Shown one piece after another: positions 28,302-38,336 of a stretch of 64,000 nt of DNA (positions within the stretch are counted from its first letter, which is position 1; each line of letters opens with the position of its first letter). The notes below the pieces were generated by a model. That model searched no databases. It saw only the letters and a program-made list of their open reading frames with translations, and was not told the DNA's origin. The translations under genes and the position numbers were made by a program. Location: positions 32,001 through 96,000 of the IMG/VR virus record IMGVR_UViG_3300024521_000001, one strand, 5' to 3'. This DNA is from a virus. Its lineage: Duplodnaviria; Caudoviricetes.

Positions 28302-31300
28302 TTAAGCCGCTGAGGTCTGGAGTGTCGTGTAGTGAACAGTAATTCGAACCGTACCGGCCGTGAAATCCACCCCGGTTGATGTGAGCACCACATCGTTTGC
28401 AGCCGGGAAGGTGGTAACGGCCCCGGAGGTAAAATCTGTAATATCGGTAGTTGTCCCGATCCCAGACGCAATGGAAGCACCCCAACGGTCCACATCAATT
28501 CCGTCACCCACGTCGAAGCTAGCTGGACCGCCGACATTACTGATCACCCGAACAGTGATTCCGATTAAGAAACTTCCAGCCGGGATAAGACTCGCTGCCG
28601 TCACCGAAGATCCAGCCGATGTTGCCACATCAACAAATGTGGTCTGCATTTGAGTTTCTGCGAGGTGGTCGGCCAAGTTTGCAACGCTGACCAGCTGACC
28701 AACCGCTCGCACCTGAGTTCGAGAGACTCTGAAAAGCTCTTCGTTTGGAGTTAAGCTTCGAACCTGAAATGGGTTGGTGGCGTCCGTAAAAACCGTCACG
28801 TCATCGGCGGGCCTTAAATCTATCGAGCCAAGAGAGTAGATATTGACTCTCTCCCACTCTCCCGCGCCTACTCCCCCAATTTCCAAGAAGTCGGTAGGAG
28901 CGTTTGAGAGAGCGGTTAAATCCCCGCTGTTGCCGTTGTTTCGGAAAAGGATTGCCGATGAAGCAGCTACTTGGAAGTCACCGCCGAGGATCCGCTGTGC
29001 ATAATTGCTCTCCCCTTCTGTGGGTGCGCCAGTGATCAGCAGGGATTGGGCGTTGGTGATCTCCCCCGTCCCCGTCAGGTTGTCTTGAATATTGGGTTCA
29101 TCAATTCGGACCTGGGAGATATTGGCAACATTCTCGTCGGCCTCTACCTGGGTTCTGAGTGTGCCCTCGAAAAAGGTCCCCGTAATATGGTCCGTGGTCC
29201 CATCCGTGGCTTGCAATGTTGAATGAACGTGCAGCAACATAGCCTCAGTCTGCAATCCATCGGGTTGGTAAAAATTGGTGAGGCGCATCTGGGCAGTACC
29301 CTCTATATTCTCAGCCCCAACACCGCCACCGACCAGTAACTTCATACCCTGATTAAAAGATTTTCCGATCCGTGTAAGGGCGGTCAGAGTGGTCGCTGAT
29401 GAGGTGCTGTCCACAAGCAACCCATAGTTTTGGGTTGCGTTCGTGGGATGGTTCGTGACTTTCAGGGTGTACCCTATGTTGATCGTGTCCGAGCCTGGAA
29501 CGAGGAATGGAGCGGTCAGGAACATTCCTCCGGCCTCATTAACAACCTCACTGTTACTTTGGGTGAAAATGTTCCCTTCGAGATCAAAGATGGTCTGCCT
29601 ATTAGTCCGTCCTGCATCTCCCGTCTGGGAACCTTGGATCTTGACCTTATGGGTGGTTGTTGGCCCCCCCCCATAGTCGTCAATGAAAGATCCGGTGATG
29701 TTCACCTGGACGTTGTCGATGAAGGACTGAGAGCCAATGGAGACCTGTTCAGGTTGGGCGATAGCAAAGCGCCCCTCGTCGGTGACGAACACTAGATTCA
29801 CATTGCCTCCACCATCAAAGCGAGACCTGAGCGTCCATTGACCGGCCCCGGCATTGGTCTCCATATCGACGAAGGTGATGAACTGTTGCGTGTGGGGTGT
29901 GGAGTCGAAGGATTTTCCCTCGTAGATCACACTCGGGGAATCCTCAAAACCCGCACCAGTGAGATCTGGCTGAGTGAGCACAACCCTGCTAGGTGCAAAA
30001 CTCTGTCCAACGAAAAGATCCCCGGCAGAGGTATCCACGCGGAAGAGAATAAGGTTGCTGTCGTTGTTAACTTCAAAAGCCGCTGCGTTGGTATGGGTAA
30101 TTCGGATTCGATTTGTGATCAAGCGACCCGCGTTGATATCCATCCTCGGTATACCGGCTTCACCGAAGAGCATCTGGTTCGAGTCGTCAAAAGAAATAAT
30201 GCTCAAATCCCCGTCGTCGGCGGTGTTCCTGAAGGTGATTGAGTCAGCGTAGGACAGTCGGATCGAGCCTGCTGCCGCAGGAGTAGCACCTATCTCGAGG
30301 ACCGCACCACCTCTCAGTTGAACCAGGTTGCCGGAGGTATCGACGTTGAACACATCCCCGCCATCAGCATTCTTGCGGACCAGGAAAGCCTCTGTGGAGG
30401 TAACGTCGACGATCAGGCCATCAATGGTGAAGCTGCCTGGAACCGTGAGATCTCCAGTATCAGAAAGGGTGAAGACCGTGGTGGGTCCTCCAGCGTCGAT
30501 TTCAGCGGTGATCTTAAAGACCGATTGCCCATCAAAGCCTGTCCCGGTCAGAGGCTCAACGAACATCCTCCAGTTGGAATCGTGATTCACGCCTCCAGCT
30601 TCTCTGGACTTACCAACGAGCAAAAAGGTATGAGAAAAACCCACGGTGGAGTTCACGGTCAGGTTTGGAGCGTCGATGTTGAGGCGATCCACAGATGAGG
30701 ATGGCGCAAGAGCAACACCCTCTCCGATGGTCACGTCCTGATTAACCCCATCGGCTTTGAATATGATTGGACTTAATCCAGCTCCAAGCATAGAAAGATT
30801 ACCCGTGTCGCTGGTAACGCCGATCGAATCGAAAGCTCTCAATTCTGGAACCACCCCGATAAAAGGACCGCTGGTGCTCTCTCCCAGGAGTAATTGATCC
30901 GATGCCCCAATAGAGAACCAGACGTTGTCGCCGGCGTCGCCACTGTTGCGCCAGCGAATGTCGTCCGTATTTCGAAACCGGACGGTTCCCGATTGGGCTG
31001 GCCCGTTAGCCCCGATTGGACCAAAGGCCAAGGCCCCATCAGTCGAGCCTGGGCCGATATGAGCGAGCGTGGGAGAGGTCGTAGCCGTGATGGTAAATTC
31101 GTCCACAAAGGACGCACCATCAATCCTGGCCTGGATGGTGAAGATCGAGCCTGTGCCATCATTGGCGGTCACGTCTACAAACTGCTTCCAGTCAATGTCG
31201 TGGGGAGACCCATCGTTGGACAAGCCGGTAAGGATAATCGCCCCTGAGTCTTGCTGACCTGGAGCAGCCAGATCCGTCCCATCAATGGTTATCGCATCAT

Positions 31301-32213
31301 AGGCTGCGATCTGATCCTGGCCGAGAAAGACGCGGTTGGTGAAAACGTCCCTTACCGCTAGAAGTGTAGTTCCAATGTCGTATCTGTTGGTGATAATGGG
31401 TCTGATTTCGGCATCAAAGCCTCCACTCAAGGATCCGAAGTTCCAGCGTTGCACCCCATCAGTCCAGATCTCAACATTACCCGAGGAGGTGAAAAGTTCT
31501 AAATCGAAACGACCTCCTCCATCGGCTCGTAGAGCTGAAACCCGAGCTTGACTGGTCCCATTTGCCAATAGCTGTAGGTATCTCTCCACTCCTGGATCGT
31601 CCCTTGCGACAATACGAAGTTCGTTGTCGCTGTCTGCAAGAGGATCGGAGTTCATCTGAAGGACCCGCGCCGAAACTCTCTCCAAGATAACGTCACTGGA
31701 ACCGCCGAAGGTCAGTAAGGTCGTGTCTGAAGCCATCCTCACCGCATCGTTGACCGTATCGACGATAAAAACGTCCCCGGCATCCCCATCCTTCCGGATC
31801 AGCACGGCCTCGGTGTTGTCCGAGTCGATGATGAGCTGGTCCATGGTGAAGGTCGCACCGCTGACCGTCAGCAGCCCGTTGTCGTCGACGGTCAAAATGT
31901 CGGTGTAAGGAGCCCCATCAATGCGAGTCTGGAGGGTCCAGAGCGAACCTGTCCCATCGTCGGCGGTTACATTGACAAAGGCTTTCCAGTCAATCGTGTG
32001 AGGACTTCCGTTGTGGGAGTGGCCCTTCCACAAGAAAGCATGGGAATCGAGCTGCCCTGGCGCACCAAGGGGTAGTGCGTCGAGAATCACCGCGTCAATG
32101 GGCGAGCTTTCCTGAGTCCCCGCTGTGAGCGAGCGTTGAACAACCTTATCCTCTGGAAAGGTTGGAGCCTCGAAATTCCCGCCAAGTATTGCTACGCCGC
32201 CTACTGCACCCAT
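28302..32213 (-). CDS. Tail fibre 1
   Basis: 1303 aa, beta-rich; repeated DW..FV.V..DG.S.....IDG and EA.L.RK.GD.GD.F.VDT modules shared with fibre 2. Confidence 0.8.
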   Translation of the reverse strand: MGAVGGVAILGGNFEAPTFPEDKVVQRSLTAGTQESSPIDAVILDALPLGAPGQLDSHAFLWKGHSHNGSPHTIDWKAFVNVTADDGTGSLWTLQTRIDGAPYTDILTVDDNGLLTVSGATFTMDQLIIDSDNTEAVLIRKDGDAGDVFIVDTVNDAVRMASDTTLLTFGGSSDVILERVSARVLQMNSDPLADSDNELRIVARDDPGVERYLQLLANGTSQARVSALRADGGGRFDLELFTSSGNVEIWTDGVQRWNFGSLSGGFDAEIRPIITNRYDIGTTLLAVRDVFTNRVFLGQDQIAAYDAITIDGTDLAAPGQQDSGAIILTGLSNDGSPHDIDWKQFVDVTANDGTGSIFTIQARIDGASFVDEFTITATTSPTLAHIGPGSTDGALAFGPIGANGPAQSGTVRFRNTDDIRWRNSGDAGDNVWFSIGASDQLLLGESTSGPFIGVVPELRAFDSIGVTSDTGNLSMLGAGLSPIIFKADGVNQDVTIGEGVALAPSSSVDRLNIDAPNLTVNSTVGFSHTFLLVGKSREAGGVNHDSNWRMFVEPLTGTGFDGQSVFKITAEIDAGGPTTVFTLSDTGDLTVPGSFTIDGLIVDVTSTEAFLVRKNADGGDVFNVDTSGNLVQLRGGAVLEIGATPAAAGSIRLSYADSITFRNTADDGDLSIISFDDSNQMLFGEAGIPRMDINAGRLITNRIRITHTNAAAFEVNNDSNLILFRVDTSAGDLFVGQSFAPSRVVLTQPDLTGAGFEDSPSVIYEGKSFDSTPHTQQFITFVDMETNAGAGQWTLRSRFDGGGNVNLVFVTDEGRFAIAQPEQVSIGSQSFIDNVQVNITGSFIDDYGGGPTTTHKVKIQGSQTGDAGRTNRQTIFDLEGNIFTQSNSEVVNEAGGMFLTAPFLVPGSDTINIGYTLKVTNHPTNATQNYGLLVDSTSSATTLTALTRIGKSFNQGMKLLVGGGVGAENIEGTAQMRLTNFYQPDGLQTEAMLLHVHSTLQATDGTTDHITGTFFEGTLRTQVEADENVANISQVRIDEPNIQDNLTGTGEITNAQSLLITGAPTEGESNYAQRILGGDFQVAASSAILFRNNGNSGDLTALSNAPTDFLEIGGVGAGEWERVNIYSLGSIDLRPADDVTVFTDATNPFQVRSLTPNEELFRVSRTQVRAVGQLVSVANLADHLAETQMQTTFVDVATSAGSSVTAASLIPAGSFLIGITVRVISNVGGPASFDVGDGIDVDRWGASIASGIGTTTDITDFTSGAVTTFPAANDVVLTSTGVDFTAGTVRITVHYTTLQTSAA

Positions 32214-32220
32214 AATTATC

Positions 32221-32538
32221 CTAGGTCAATGCCAAATACTGCACGTTCACACCGTCTAATCCGACTTCACCGTGAATGAAGATCTCATTCAGATTGATAC
32301 TCGTATTTCCCGGCCCCGGGAGCGTGGTGAAAGGCAACGTATTGCCAATCACAGGAGTTTGCAGCTCCACGCCGGCCAGTCCATCATTGAGGACCGTGCT
32401 GTCACCCACAAAGATCTTCCCGCCGTTCCCGCGCAAGACCTGGAGCAAGACCCAAACCGCTTCGATCGACAGTCCACTGAGTACCGTGGCCGCTGGAGAA
32501 GCTGGTATGGTGACATTTGAGAGCAAACGAATCGGCAC
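32221..32538 (-). CDS. Small beta-domain virion protein (decoration-like)
   Basis: WV.LQVLR.N.GK.FVGDSTV....LAGVEL, paralogous to N-terminus of 33123-34100. Confidence 0.65.
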   Translation of the reverse strand: MPIRLLSNVTIPASPAATVLSGLSIEAVWVLLQVLRGNGGKIFVGDSTVLNDGLAGVELQTPVIGNTLPFTTLPGPGNTSINLNEIFIHGEVGLDGVNVQYLALT

Positions 32539-32837
32539 TACCTAAGTCCCCCGAGAAGATCAACGGATGGATCATCCGGTTCTTCTGGATTTTTCCCGTC
32601 CGTGTGGGACTTGTAGATAAACCGGCTTCCACAGAAGTAATCCCCCTCATTCGGCTGCCGTACCGGGATTCCTTCTTCCCCATCGGTCTGAGAGTTGATA
32701 TCCAGCGGCTTGGCCGTGGTTAAGATCCCCTCATCGTTGTCGTATTTCTCCTGGGTGGTATCGACTTCGGCGTAGTCGCTATACCTGTCTTCGTTGCCCG
32801 GAGTGACTTTCCCGGGGTTCTTTTGTGCGTGACTCAT
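32538..32837 (-). CDS. Hypothetical acidic protein
   Basis: AAGGAGG RBS. Confidence 0.6.
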   Translation of the reverse strand: MSHAQKNPGKVTPGNEDRYSDYAEVDTTQEKYDNDEGILTTAKPLDINSQTDGEEGIPVRQPNEGDYFCGSRFIYKSHTDGKNPEEPDDPSVDLLGGLR

Positions 32838-32848
32838 GGTTTCCTCCT

Positions 32849-33151
32849 TTAAGGTAAAACTATGGTAACTGGAACTCTTTTCATTCCAAGTTCCCTCGCT
32901 GCTATCAGCCGATGGTTGCCGTCGATCAATAAGGCATCCACGTTCATCCTCTCAAGTCTTGGGCCGCTGCATTCAAGACGGAGTGGCTTTTTGATACCGT
33001 CCTTCTTGATCTGTTCCTTGAGCCAATCGATGGTGGCTCGATCCTTTTCTTCCGATGTGGCCACCGCGAACGGCTCCAGGAACTCAACCGGAAGCTCGTC
33101 GCCGTACAGACGCCTGTACTCATCAACCTGCTTGCGCAAATAGTCTTTCAA
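32849..33151 (-). CDS. Stand-alone ParB/Srx N-terminal domain protein
   Basis: LKEQIKKDGIKKPL..LLIDGNHRLIAARELGMKRVPV motif; no HTH visible. Confidence 0.8.
   Translation of the reverse strand: MKDYLRKQVDEYRRLYGDELPVEFLEPFAVATSEEKDRATIDWLKEQIKKDGIKKPLRLECSGPRLERMNVDALLIDGNHRLIAARELGMKRVPVTIVLP
33104..33119. promoter_or_regulatory. 16-bp near-palindrome copy 3 (GTACAGACGCCTGTAC)
   Basis: Inside the 5' end of the ParB-N gene; inverted relative to copies 1, 4 and 5. Confidence 0.6.
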
Positions 33152-34100
33152 TGGTCCTCTGTTCTGATCTCATGAAAGTAAGCACAATGGCTACTCCTGC
33201 CTCATACCGTGCGTGACAATACTTTTCTTTGCCCAAGTCCTGGCCTTCACCTTGCTTCCCAAGCATCTTCTCGAGTACGCCGTAGAGGATGTAGTGAAAG
33301 AACTCTGGAGTGATGTTCAAGAGGTCCCCAGAGCTCGTCAGCTTGGCGGGCAATATCGTGTAGGTCAGGGTGAAGTCCTGACCGACAGGCCCCACATCTC
33401 GATCCACTTCAAACCGCTTGGTCGTCAGGAGGTCCTGGTGGTACTGCTTGGGCACACCCGATGGCTGGTTCTTCCAGTTCCGGTCCTCCATATCGAGCAT
33501 CCAGCGATCGGTTCGGTGCAAGGGAACCTTGTTGAAGGTAATTCGATCAATACTCATAGAGTCAGTCGGCTCTGCGAACACGCGGTCACCAGCCGTAGCA
33601 CCAACGGTGTCCTGTCTCTTGAAACAGCCTGTTCTGTCGAAAAAGTCCTTCTCAACATCATTGATGTAGCTGATGATCTCTGACTCGGTCCAGAAACCAG
33701 ATGAGAAGGTGTCGTCCTCCTGGGTCATGAAAATGATCTGATCGAGCATGTCTTGAACCGTTTGAGGTCCCAGAGCGGCAGCGACAGATAGGGCATAGAC
33801 GATATTGACCCCTTCCCCGGTTACATCTACATCAATAAAGATCGCGTCCAGGTCAATGAGAACGTCTGACCGCTTGCTTTCGAGGGCCTCAAAGGGCAGG
33901 GACATACCCACAAGCGGTGCTTCAAGGGTCACTCCGGCCAGGTCGGTATTGTCCACAGTGGAATCCCCGACGTAGACCTTTCCGGTGTTGGTCCGAAGCA
34001 CCTGGATAAACACCCAATTCGTCTCAATCGACGTAGCCGAGAGTGGTACGGCTGTCCCGGCCGTGGTCGCAATAAAGTTATTGATCGTCGCCAACGTCAT
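33123..34100 (-). CDS. Head-tail adaptor-like protein with N-terminal decoration-like domain
   Basis: FWTESEIISYIND..LDMEDRNW..G.PK.Y..YILYG resembles 34349-35020. Confidence 0.7.
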   Translation of the reverse strand: MTLATINNFIATTAGTAVPLSATSIETNWVFIQVLRTNTGKVYVGDSTVDNTDLAGVTLEAPLVGMSLPFEALESKRSDVLIDLDAIFIDVDVTGEGVNIVYALSVAAALGPQTVQDMLDQIIFMTQEDDTFSSGFWTESEIISYINDVEKDFFDRTGCFKRQDTVGATAGDRVFAEPTDSMSIDRITFNKVPLHRTDRWMLDMEDRNWKNQPSGVPKQYHQDLLTTKRFEVDRDVGPVGQDFTLTYTILPAKLTSSGDLLNITPEFFHYILYGVLEKMLGKQGEGQDLGKEKYCHARYEAGVAIVLTFMRSEQRTIERLFAQAG

Positions 34101-34348
34101 CTTCTACCGCTCACCCTTCTCGCTTTCCGCTTCATACTTCTTCTTTCCTGCTTCTTCACCCGTCCAGCTTCCTTGTAAAAACTGCGGCTCCTCATACCCC
34201 TTCTTCGCTTCTTGGCAATTTGCCCAACCTGCCTGCCCGCCAAAGTTGTGTCACCCGGGACTCCAGTCATAGCAGTAGACCCCAGAGAGCTTTGTAAACT
34301 CCCCCCCTGTCCGGAGGTCCCAGGAATATCTCCTGTATTCGATACCAT
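34097..34348 (-). CDS. Small protein with R/K-rich C-terminus
   Basis: Ends RRSMKRKARRVSGRR; packed in operon. Confidence 0.6.
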   Translation of the reverse strand: MVSNTGDIPGTSGQGGSLQSSLGSTAMTGVPGDTTLAGRQVGQIAKKRRRGMRSRSFYKEAGRVKKQERRSMKRKARRVSGRR

Positions 34349-35020
34349 CTATCTCCCTCGATTCGGAGTTGAGTATGAAGGCCCCGTATCCAAAGCGGGT
34401 TCTGCTGTCCAAATGACTGGCTGTTGGCTGTAAACCTTGCGGGCCACATCCCCCATTCGGTTTATGGCTGCCTTGAAAGCCGTCATAGCGTGTGCGAACT
34501 CGGGCCCGCCTTCCTTGAAACGGGAAACATGGAAGGTGTAATCCTCGATCGACTCAATGAACTCGTCGTCCATATCAATCGGATCGCCGTTGTCTTCGAT
34601 AGTGGCGGGCAGCTTTAAGACAGCGAAATCCACTGTGATCGAAGCTGCTACGGTAGGCCGGGGAAAAACGGCAAAGAGGTTGCAACCGACCGGAGCCCAA
34701 CGCTTCAGGATGGCCCCTGTTTTTCCTTCCCAAAAACGATCCTCGCGGTCCAGGTCCTCCAGGGTGGCCCGTTCTAGCGACTTGTCTCCAACTGAAGCCG
34801 CCATGACCGCTATTGTGTTGGTGGGTGGTGCGTAGAAGTTGTCGGTAGAGTCGGTAACGACTCCACTCTCCAGGTGCAGTTTAGCTGCTAAGTTGTTCAG
34901 CTCCTTCATGCCCTCGTTGAGATAGAGGAGCATTTCGGGCCGAGTCCAGAAAATAGGGGAAATCGTCTCGTCCAGTCTTTTGAGGACTAGGTCGATAACT
35001 TCCGCACCTGATATCGCCAT
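34349..35020 (-). CDS. Head-tail adaptor-like protein
   Basis: Start re-called at MAISGAEV; FWTRPEMLLYLNEG..LEDLDREDRFW motif. Confidence 0.7.
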   Translation of the reverse strand: MAISGAEVIDLVLKRLDETISPIFWTRPEMLLYLNEGMKELNNLAAKLHLESGVVTDSTDNFYAPPTNTIAVMAASVGDKSLERATLEDLDREDRFWEGKTGAILKRWAPVGCNLFAVFPRPTVAASITVDFAVLKLPATIEDNGDPIDMDDEFIESIEDYTFHVSRFKEGGPEFAHAMTAFKAAINRMGDVARKVYSQQPVIWTAEPALDTGPSYSTPNRGR

Positions 35021-35022
35021 AG

Positions 35023-36189
35023 CTATACATGCCCTGCGTATGAATCCCAATCGTGACTTTGATGCCAATCGGCGCCGAAGCCTCCGAAGGGCCAATCCGC
35101 ATACGACCACTGTTGCCGCATGATCATGGTGTTGTCGTCTTCCATTTCCATTGCTTCTATGTCCATAACGGCCTGGGATTTGAGCCGAGTGGCTTCCGCT
35201 GGATCGTAATAGATCCCCCCCTCAATTATCTTGTGCTTAGGCCAAACCAGAGCGTCCGCTGTGGTCAGTCGCACCAAAACATCGGAGCGGATCCCATTGG
35301 GAAGAATGTCCCCGTCATCCTCCAGTGGTGGAAACTGGAAGTGATAGAAGAACGGGATAGCCTGCTGTGAAATCGGTCGGGGATAAAGCTCATAGAGCTG
35401 AGATCCAGCTGGATCAACCTCATGACTCACTACCATGTAGGTCGTCTGGGTCAGCGTACGGTGCGGATCCGCATAGTCGATCGTATCCTTGGGCATATGG
35501 ATGATGATTCGATACCGCCGTTCCAGATTGACCACGGAGATCAACATCTTCAGGTCGGGTGCAAAGTTGGTGTAAACCAAGCTGAGCGAATAGGTGGCTC
35601 CTATTTCATCAGGCTGCGCAAACACTTTGTCCATTAAGAAACGAGTTGGACTAGAGATTCCGGTTACCGTGTAGAACGGCGAATTGATGCCGACCTTCAA
35701 CTGCAAGTTGCTGAGCGAAGATACCGTGACTGTTTCGGTAGCAAGGTGGGTCTTGGCGAAAGCGGCCTGAAAGGTCGTCGCGGTGGTGGAAATGACGTAA
35801 ACGGCTTCTTCGTTGGCCCCTCCACCGTCGATCAACACATAGGTGTTGGGTTCGATCCCCGCCATCGAAGTGGGAGTGGCATCCAGGACCTCGGCTGAGA
35901 TCACATCGGCCGCAAGGTCTGTGCTAACCAGATCACCCACAGGCCAGGCCGTAGCCGTTCCTGTGACCACATTGGAGCCACTGATAGCGTCAATCGTGCC
36001 TACGGCATAAGCAGCAGGAACGGAGAGAATCTGTACCTTGGTCAGACCACTCCACACCCGCTTGGAAGTTACAAGACGGAGGTTGTCGTTAATCTTCCTG
36101 CGTAACAGCTGTGGGGGATATTTCGGGCAGACCGAGAGAACGTGGTCTTGCATCTCCCGAAAATTCTCTTGAAACCGTCCACCTGGCAT
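35023..36189 (-). CDS. Adaptor/tubular A-like protein with inserted beta domain
   Basis: LRRKIND N-terminus, YELYPRP C-terminal motif, GTI..GSNVVTGTATAW insert. Confidence 0.65.
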   Translation of the reverse strand: MPGGRFQENFREMQDHVLSVCPKYPPQLLRRKINDNLRLVTSKRVWSGLTKVQILSVPAAYAVGTIDAISGSNVVTGTATAWPVGDLVSTDLAADVISAEVLDATPTSMAGIEPNTYVLIDGGGANEEAVYVISTTATTFQAAFAKTHLATETVTVSSLSNLQLKVGINSPFYTVTGISSPTRFLMDKVFAQPDEIGATYSLSLVYTNFAPDLKMLISVVNLERRYRIIIHMPKDTIDYADPHRTLTQTTYMVVSHEVDPAGSQLYELYPRPISQQAIPFFYHFQFPPLEDDGDILPNGIRSDVLVRLTTADALVWPKHKIIEGGIYYDPAEATRLKSQAVMDIEAMEMEDDNTMIMRQQWSYADWPFGGFGADWHQSHDWDSYAGHV

Positions 36190-36206
36190 TCAACACCCCG
36201 CAACCC

Positions 36207-36530
36207 CTATCCGATACCCAAAGCCAAGACGCGCACTGTCAGAGCCGACAGATCCGTGGCGTTGATAACCTCTGCCATAGCCTGGGCAGCACCAGCGGAT
36301 TCAAAGGCCAGTAGCAGATCGTTGTCAGGGTCGTATTGGATTACCCTTCCATCGGCGGCTCCAAGCCCACCTTGATCGGAAATCAGCTGGTTCACGCGAC
36401 CCAAACCCAAATCGGCGGCTGTCAGAGCCTCACCACCGGTGGGATAGGAAGAATCGAAGGTGATATCAACCCTCACACCCCGCTCGTTTCCTACCGACAG
36501 ATCTTCTCGGTTCGCAAAAGTTAAAGGCAT
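36207..36530 (-). CDS. Small head-associated protein
   Basis: ITFDSSYPTGGE motif, commonly seen downstream of capsid genes. Confidence 0.65.
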   Translation of the reverse strand: MPLTFANREDLSVGNERGVRVDITFDSSYPTGGEALTAADLGLGRVNQLISDQGGLGAADGRVIQYDPDNDLLLAFESAGAAQAMAEVINATDLSALTVRVLALGIG

Positions 36531-36557
36531 AGTTACACCTCTCCTTTGTTCAAAGTA

Positions 36558-36580
36558 GGAGGGGCCACAAGGACCCCTCC
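36558..36580 (-). terminator. Hairpin after capsid/decoration genes
   Basis: GGAGGGGTCC-TTGT-GGCCCCCTCC followed by a short, weak T-run. Confidence 0.5.
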
Positions 36581-36610
36581 CGTTGTGCTTGCTTTACCGC
36601 TTCGCGCAGC

Positions 36611-37162
36611 CTACCAGTCGAGATTCGTGAGAATCACGGAGTTCTGGTTGCTTACACGCGCACTGATCACACCACCGTAGACGGTGTCGATGGGTGCAGC
36701 TCCCGCTACACTCCTACCAAACACCAAATCGGTTGTGCTACCAATGACCTTGTCTCCAGCTGCTGTGGAGGCAGCGGTGTTGACCAAAGCCACACCACCC
36801 ACCTGCAAGTAGCAGAAATTGCCGTCAGTGACGACATTTCCATAGACTCCAGCAACGGCGTTGACGCCACCGATACTATCGGTTTGGTCGGAAGTCACCG
36901 TATAGACACCGGTCTCGGGATCTAAAACGGAGAAATACGCGACTCCACCTACAGTAACGGCAACAGCACCGCTGCCTTCATCATGGAGGACATAGCGGAA
37001 AAGGTTGCCCTCATGTCGGACAATCGCCCCTAAGACTCCCGGAGAGATACTTCCCGGCAAACCAGGAGACTCTTGGAATCTCTCTGCCTCGTTGACCGTT
37101 CTAGGGTCCCCGGTACTGATCTGGGTAGTCTGTGGTGAAAGTCCAAAGCGTTCGCCTGCCAT
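36611..37162 (-). CDS. Capsid decoration/cement protein
   Basis: Directly after MCP; FRYV..G.FCYLQVGG motif. Confidence 0.7.
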   Translation of the reverse strand: MAGERFGLSPQTTQISTGDPRTVNEAERFQESPGLPGSISPGVLGAIVRHEGNLFRYVLHDEGSGAVAVTVGGVAYFSVLDPETGVYTVTSDQTDSIGGVNAVAGVYGNVVTDGNFCYLQVGGVALVNTAASTAAGDKVIGSTTDLVFGRSVAGAAPIDTVYGGVISARVSNQNSVILTNLDW

Positions 37163-37183
37163 AATTTATCTCCTTTCTTTCAC

Positions 37184-38152
37184 CTATTGAGCGATATCCG
37201 TCAGAATGAAATTGAGACGAGGAGCGGGGAACAGTAGGTTTCCTGCGAACAGGTACTGGCCGGCCACGTCATCCGTGTTCTGGGCTTCCTTCCAACCGGT
37301 GAACCCAAACTGGTACTTCCGGTTGGTGGTGATCCAAAACTGCGCATGTTTCGTGTTCATGCCAATCAACTGCTGTGCAGGTTGATACTGATCCACGACC
37401 ATCTGAGCTCCATTCCATCGAAGCGACATGAACCCGATCTTTGCCACATCGGAAGATTCCTCGAGGAATCTCTGCTGAGGCTGGATTTTATTCCAGAACA
37501 GGTTCCACACTTCTTGGTCAGAAGTCATCAGATCGACGTGCTCCGCACCGAACCAGGCCGCACCAAACGCGGTTTGCACCCCGCTCAGTGTGAGTGTCGG
37601 GAGACTAGCGAAGTAGCCATTGACCCCGGCATTCTGCGTCCCGTCAGGAACGATATCGCTCCTGTCGATGCCGCCATACGAACCAAAATTCGTCCCGTTG
37701 TCGAAAGCCGCCTCCATACCGTCCAACTGGAGAGTTGAACTGTTGGTTCCCTGGCCATCCAGGTACATATCCGTGGCTAACAACTTCGCCATTTTGCCTG
37801 CGGCATTGACGAGCTTGCTTTCCACATAGGACATGGCTGCTTCCGGACCTCGGTTGAGAACATTGTCCGTACCGAAGAGGGTGACGTTGACGTAGTAGTA
37901 CTTGACGTTGACCTCGACAGCGGTGTCGGTCTCAACATACGACGTATCAAACGTCCCACCTCGGCTAAAGGCATCACCAGTCAGCTCGGCGTAGATAATC
38001 GGATGACGAATCGTCCGACCACCCTCAAAACGCTCAGCGTTTCGAGTACGCAAACGAGTGAAGACCGGGGAAGCCTCGTAGACGTTGTCCACCAACCGTG
38101 GGATGATGAATCGGTTCGTTTTCGAACTAATGTCATCAAAGGTTAGTGCCAT
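37184..38152 (-). CDS. Major capsid protein
   Basis: 322 aa, LVDNV..SPVF..GGRTIRHPI..DGQG..QLDG..YGGIDRS; strong RBS; after scaffold. Confidence 0.9.
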   Translation of the reverse strand: MALTFDDISSKTNRFIIPRLVDNVYEASPVFTRLRTRNAERFEGGRTIRHPIIYAELTGDAFSRGGTFDTSYVETDTAVEVNVKYYYVNVTLFGTDNVLNRGPEAAMSYVESKLVNAAGKMAKLLATDMYLDGQGTNSSTLQLDGMEAAFDNGTNFGSYGGIDRSDIVPDGTQNAGVNGYFASLPTLTLSGVQTAFGAAWFGAEHVDLMTSDQEVWNLFWNKIQPQQRFLEESSDVAKIGFMSLRWNGAQMVVDQYQPAQQLIGMNTKHAQFWITTNRKYQFGFTGWKEAQNTDDVAGQYLFAGNLLFPAPRLNFILTDIAQ

Positions 38153-38336
38153 TACTTCCTCCTTGAATTAACAAATAAAACAACAAGTGGCTTGCTTTGG
38201 CACTTTCGACTTCCCGAACAGCCTTGCACTTGTGGGTTGCGGCTGTGGTTTTCGAGGCCACGGCCTTCCCACTTGGCTTGCGGCGACGGGCTGCGACGGC
38301 TGAGCCTTGCAGACCTGTCCCTTTTCCCTATCCCTT

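Noticed and set aside
25141-32213. Diversity-generating retroelement or invertible fibre cassette
   Set aside because: No RT or recombinase in the window; repeats are diverged in-frame protein repeats and I saw no adenine-specific TR/VR pair
38160-38336. Cobalamin or c-di-GMP riboswitch
   Set aside because: Only scattered short motif matches, on inconsistent strands; kept as an unclassified structured leader
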